64,000 nt of DNA, taken from NCBI GenBank assembly GCA_951406725.2, contig OX597819.1:97836001-97900000 (forward strand). The letters run 5' to 3'. Of this stretch, positions 58,260-64,000 are shown piece after piece. This DNA comes from Octopus vulgaris. Lineage: Eukaryota. How positions within the stretch are numbered: position 1 is the stretch's first letter; every line of letters begins with the position of its first letter. The position numbers and the translations under genes were made by a program. The notes beneath the pieces were generated by a model, which worked only from the letters and a program-made list of their open reading frames with translations, searched no databases and was not told where the DNA came from.

Positions 58260-59390
58260 TAAATCAGTGGATGAAATGTTTCCTGACAAACAGAACCCAA
58301 CTCAAGACCTATAAATGTCATTAGTGGTGTACACCTGGGTATCGTATAAAGTCCACTTCATACCATTCGACTGTCTCGAATGTCATCAAAAGAACGTGTG
58401 ACTGAACAGAACTACTATCTGATCTATTAGCTGTGACTCGATGGGCGAAAAAAGCATGTTGCTAAAAGAGGGAAAATTCGGACTCATCCGCTTTAAAAAA
58501 GAGAATTATAAGTAAGCAGCAATATTCTCTTCCCTCGGAAGAGCTCCACGAAGCGTCAAATATTATTAGAGACTTAGATGTATTTGTAGACACCAACCTT
58601 AGCTGGAGTGAACACATCGGCACTAAAATTGGTATGGACCATAATTCTTTGGACTAGAAAGTTCTAAGGATTATTTATCCTTAGAATTTTCTATCACCCT
58701 TCTCTTCTCTATTATTGTGATTCCCTCATCCTTCTCTACGTTTTCTACATCTTTCCTTTGAATATTGCTGCCCACTATGGTCCCCCCACATAAAACAAAA
58801 CATTATGAGAATCGAATCGTCCAAGAGATCGATCACAATAAAATGAATGATACGACAAAGCATGACTATTAGGATCGCCTCAAAAGCCCAAGGCTCAAAT
58901 TTTATTCTCTGAGTAAGAGCTTTACATCATTTGTAGTGACGCAGTGCTCATGCTCATAGAATAAAGTATGAGCATTTCATTATTTACATAATGTGGAAAA
59001 TATTCCATCAACATTATCTAAATGCTGCCAGCATCAGATTTTTAAAAAAATCACCCAAGGTTTAGAACCGTACGCCGCCTACAAATATCGAGCTCACATC
59101 ACATAACAACATTGTGGCAAATTATTTTTATCTTCATTGGTCCTGTTTTATTCAATATTTATTCTGAAAGAAATCAAAGACGATTTAGACTCTATAACAT
59201 TCTAAGGGTGCATGGATAAATTCCTCCAAAAAATACCGGACAAACCACCGACACCATGATGCAGACAACTCGCCGTGCGAGTGGGTTATATGTGCTAAAA
59301 CAGGACACCAGGTGCTAAAACTACTCCAGGTGATGTTATTGAATTAGACATGGTCTTGACCAATAATGGCCAAAGCCTAGCAATGTTTAC
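58260..59390 (+). mobile_element. Degenerate CR1/L2-group LINE 3' portion
   Basis: Fragments RDLDVFVDTNLSWSEHI, EYCCPLWSP, GPVLFN, DKFLQKIPDKP. Confidence 0.7.
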
Positions 59391-59840
59391 TAAATTATAT
59401 AAGTACTCTTTAAATTAATAAGTTTTGCTTTATTTAATAACTCGAAAATTTCAACGTTCAGCCTTATTATCTGATTATAAGCGTATCGATAAATGTATGA
59501 ATGTATGTATGTATGAATGTATGTATGTATGTATGTATACGTGTGCGTGTGTGTGTATGCACAAACATACATACACACATACACATACGTATCCATATAC
59601 ACATACATAACTGCAAATTAATATAAATCTTCTCCCTCATCTCTCCTATACAAATGAAGAGTAATCGACTCACATATGTTACTTAATGCTCTTCTCGGTT
59701 CGTCAGTTCCTGTCGTCAATGACTTTATATCTTTATTCAAATTACAAAACTGAATGAAATTTAAAGCGACTTGTGTGTCAGCTGTTTATTGTGTACTAGT
59801 GTTCCCGTGTCGTCAAAAATGCCAACAGTTCTTTTATACC

Positions 59841-60232
59841 TTTACTTGTTTCAGTCATTTGATTGCAGCCATGCTGGAGCACTGCTTTTAAGGGTTTTAG
59901 TCGAACAAATCAACCCCAGAACGTATTTTTCTTAAAGTCTTGTACTTATTCTATCGGTCTCTTTAGTTGAGAGGCTAAGTAAACGCACCAACGCTGGTTG
60001 TCAAGTGGTGATGGTGGGGACAAACAGAGACACAAAGACACACACACATAGATATATACATATATATACGACCTGCTTCTTTCAGTTTCCGTCTACCAAA
60101 TCCACTCACAAGGCTTTGGTCGGCCCGAGGCTATAGTAGAAGACATTTACTCAAGGTGCCATGCAGTGGGACTGAACCCGGAACCATGTGGTTAGGAAGC
60201 AAGCTTCTTGCTACATAGACACGCCTGTGCCT
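59841..60232 (-). mobile_element. SINE family A copy
   Basis: Shared body and head. Confidence 0.8.
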
Positions 60233-60234
60233 TT

Positions 60235-62060
60235 AATCAATGATTAAAAATGGTACATCAAAACAATGGGAGAAACCATTGATAAATGTCAGCAATCGAC
60301 TAAATGTATTTACATAGAAATGAAGCATTTGAAAAGATACACAATTAGAGTTAGGTGGTCAACTGACATATTCCAGGGTGTTAGTTTATCTGTAACGTTG
60401 CTTGTACACTGGTAGTGAATCCTTTGTCAGCCCTGTTACCGAAATGTCAAAGCTACATACTGGAATATGCAAAAAGAATAAAATTAATACTACGTACATA
60501 TTTTCTGTTGATGACCTAAAGCAGAGGTTCCCAACCAGGGTCCACAGAAGCTTAAGAGGATCCACGAGTAAAGAATTGTAATTTGTAGGTCCATATATAA
60601 ATTTTGTTTACTAGGAGAGGTACCTGTATTTATTGAAATTTTCATGATTTGTATTTGGAATTTATGTTATAAATATAACGAAATTATTACATTGTTAATT
60701 TTTACTAACCTACAAACAAATATTTTATTTCAAAAATTTACAAGTACATATATGAGGTTCATATAAGATAAGATAGTTCTCAGGGGGGTCCACAAGCAAA
60801 ATAAGGTTGGGAACCCCTGACCTAAAGCTATAATCTGGTAACACGAATAACATCAAGAGACAATTAGAACTAGTCTCAACATTCTCACGGGGCATAGGAA
60901 TGGAGTTTGGGCAAGATAAAGGTTCATATATGATAGTCAAATGAGCAGCAATAGCTTGTTTATGATCCCTATTTCTAATGATGAAAACTATAAGTATCTC
61001 GAAATCGACGAGAATGTTGCATACATTGGTGCTGTAAGAAAACCAGAATAAGAAAAGAGTACGTCTACAGACTCTGGAAAACATGGAACTCAGAGCTGTC
61101 TGCGTTTAAGAAGATCATATCTCACAATGCTTTTGCAGTGCCAGTGCTAGTACCGACAATTGGGATATGAGATTTGACACTTGACGAGATCTGAGGTCTT
61201 GATAACAAAACGATAAAGATACTGACCACCACTGGCAGCTTCACATCAACAGGAACACCAATGGAATCTGTGTGAGATTAAGAGATGGTGATAGAAGCAT
61301 ATAGTGAATGCAAACAGCCTTTGAATGTCGCATTGTGTTGCTCAAACAACACCTGCTGAACAGTAAAGAAAGAAATGAGTACATACCATGCATACTCAAA
61401 AGTGAGAGCAACACCATCTTCAAGGTAGGGGAAGAATTATTGAGCAAGTACTTCGGGAGTACAACTGCTTCATTTGACCGGAAGGAGACTGGACTGGCCT
61501 ACCCAAAAAGTATATTGGAGAAAAATGTATCATACCACAAAAACAAAAAGGAATGCATGGGTACATACCCTGTGAGCTAGGGGATAACAACCGCATCGGT
61601 AGAGAGAATAGCCTCTCCAGAACCTGTGATAAATGTATTATATCCTATCTAGAAGGATGTCTTCGCTATCGTTTATCATCTACTAAATACCTGCTAAACA
61701 AGAGAGACAAAGATATCGCCAAACTTCTACGTTTTGATAGAAACTGTTAGTTATGCTACATCAGAATGGACGACATCACCCACATCATCAGCAACTGCTT
61801 CAAAAAGTCTACGAGATGCTACCTGCCCTTTAGACATGATATAGTTTTTCAAACTATTTACAATGCTATCCGCAGGAAGTACTGCCCTGACTGATATTTC
61901 AAAAGCTTGTCAGAACCAGAATGTATCCACACTTTTAAAAACGATACTGGTGGAATACTCCAATAAAAACAGCAATCCAATGCAAACACAACAGACTTGA
62001 TATCGTTCTGTGGGACAGGGACCAGAAGTCATGCACTGCTACCCAGCAGATGTGAGTGTA
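60235..62060 (+). mobile_element. Degenerate R4-like RLE LINE
   Basis: IFQG, VDDLK(L), AFAVPVL, C..C..DDITHIISNC, RHD, YWWN and NRLDIVLWDR fragments, with many stops. Confidence 0.75.
60522..60819. mobile_element. hAT-type MITE with perfect 8-bp TSD
   Basis: TIRs CAGAGGTTCCCAACC / GGTTGGGAACCCCTG; ACCTAAAG duplicated at 60514-60521 and 60820-60827. Confidence 0.92.
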
Positions 62061-62149
62061 CCATTAAACTATAAATTTATAAATTCATAAATTTATACAT
62101 CTATATATATTTATATAAATTTATATGTCCTAGCAGACAAAGTATGAAA

Positions 62150-62810
62150 CTGTAATTTTAAATGTAAGTATACTAATGGCTTGCTAAAGATATAACTGGC
62201 GCAAGTTTTGTGACAATTTCAATGGATGCTTCAAACCGAAAATCTGTTGAAATGAGACCTTCCCTTATTCAATAGTACATTCCTGTTCAATGAGGCAGCT
62301 GAGATCTTGATTAGTGACTTAATTATTGGCGATCATGGGTTGATGGATTTTGTAGAAAAGGCAACAGCATAAGCTTTTGGTGATGCAAAATGAAAAATCT
62401 AGAACAGCATTTGACCAATTAATGACCAAATCTGGAAAGTATCTTGTTGGCATTGGCTGGAGTGCATATGTTTCGAAGCAGTTGTTGAGGTATTGCCAAA
62501 TCTTATAGTAAATTATTGTGAAAATTGTGAAATATTTTGAAATATTTTCACAATATTTGCATGCAACGCAGCTGAAAGAATATTACTTACATTTTTGCTG
62601 GCTTGACATCCCACTTTTGTGCCCAAGAGCACTGCCCAGAAGTGAAAACATAATTGTTTGGAAAGGATTTTGGAGGAATGTATTTATGGCTTTTATTTTT
62701 GGGCAGCTCCGTCTGTTCAACAAATCGATTGTGGACTTGAAGAAGGATAACGCCAAAACAGCCGTATTCAAAGTGAAAATGCAAAATTTATTTACAAATA
62801 TAGATTAACG
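62150..62810 (+). mobile_element. Decayed DNA-transposase remnant (hAT-like)
   Basis: FVTISMDASNRKSVE and VKIVKYF fragments reminiscent of hAT transposases; heavily disrupted. Confidence 0.4.
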
Positions 62811-63402
62811 GTTTTGGCGAGAAAAGTTGATTGTGTGTGTGTGTGTGTGTGTGTAGGATCGGAACTGATGATTGACAGAGAAGTGATTTAAGAGACATTT
62901 AGTAGTGCTTAACAATATTTACCAGAGTTTGTCTCAATAATTCGGGAACTAAGGTAAAATGTGTGCTCCGCCGAGAATGGCAAACAGTACCGAAACTGTC
63001 CGAAACTGTCTCCTGTACTTGCTGAAGTGATTAAAATAACATTAGCCATTGCGATAGTGTTGTCTTTTCTTCATCACATAAATAATTCTGCTTAGGTAAT
63101 GAATATAATGTAATTCATGCTTATTAGATTATACAGTAAATGTTAACACTAAGTTCTTGTAACGATAGTCTGAATAGGGTCAAATAATACACACAATGTA
63201 CATGAATGAATACGTATACACAAACACGCACTTAACACACACACACAAACTAATTATATATATATACGAAATATACGCATGGTTATATATAAGTACATGC
63301 ATATACACATTTTCACATGCGCAAATGTGTTTGTGTGTGTGTGTGTGTGTGTGCGTGTGCGTGCGTGTGTACATTTAACTATAGTGATGAGGATGATGAT
63401 GA

Positions 63403-63462
<60 letters not shown>

Positions 63463-63464
63463 CT

Positions 63465-63665
63465 TTATTGCCCACAGGGGGCTAAACATAGAGGAGACGA
63501 ACAAGGACTGACAAAGTGATTAAGTGGATTACATCGACCCCAGTGCGTAACTGGTACTTATTTAATCGACCCCGAAAGGCTGAGCGGCAAAGTCGACCTC
63601 GGTGGAATTTGAACTCAGACGAAATAGCGCTAAGCATTTCGCCCGGCGTGCTAACGATTCTGCCC
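63465..63665 (-). mobile_element. SINE family B copy
   Basis: Shared core and head. Confidence 0.8.
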
Positions 63666-64000
63666 TATGTATGTATGTATGTATGTATGTATGTATGTAT
63701 GTATGTATGTATGTATGTATGTATCTATGTATGTATAATGTAGGTGAGAAAAGCAACTCGATTAGCCACAAAAAGTACTTATCTTAATAAGTTGACGAAA
63801 GCGGGGTAGCGAGAACGCTACGTACCATAGTGGGATAAGCTCAGAAATGAAGAAGCAGATATATCCATATCACGTGATTTCGAACTCTAATGCGGTGCAT
63901 CTCAGTTCTCGTCAGTGGAATTTACTGCGGCTCGGGTTAAGCTTAACTCGCTTGGTCAACTCAAAGAAAGGATAAGTGCTTTTTGTGGCTAATTGAGTCG

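Overview
Eukaryotic, AT-rich and saturated with microsatellites and transposable elements. The SINE families and simple-repeat load point to an octopod cephalopod (inference). Almost all ORF-track entries are microsatellite translations. Reading splice sites on the minus strand gives a multi-exon host gene that the ORF track mostly misses (about 28 kb to 6.1 kb). It encodes a pro-region, an RRRR|S convertase site, an acidic linker, one 6-Cys EGF module ending in KR, a single transmembrane helix and a Ser-rich tail, followed by AATAAA. The 5'/signal-peptide exon was not found. Other contents: (1) a nearly intact CR1-group LINE (41.0-45.07 kb) whose ORF1 ends on a G_GGA_AAC slippery heptamer that leads into an AUG-less ORF2; (2) R4/Dong-like RLE LINEs sitting in (TAA)n tracts; (3) Penelope-like remnants with about 10 minimal hammerhead-like motifs; (4) mariner, hAT and piggyBac-type MITEs; (5) three tRNA-derived SINE families; (6) several perfect hairpins. 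No rRNA, true tRNA or CRISPR array was seen. Repeat boundaries are approximate; exon boundaries were counted by hand.
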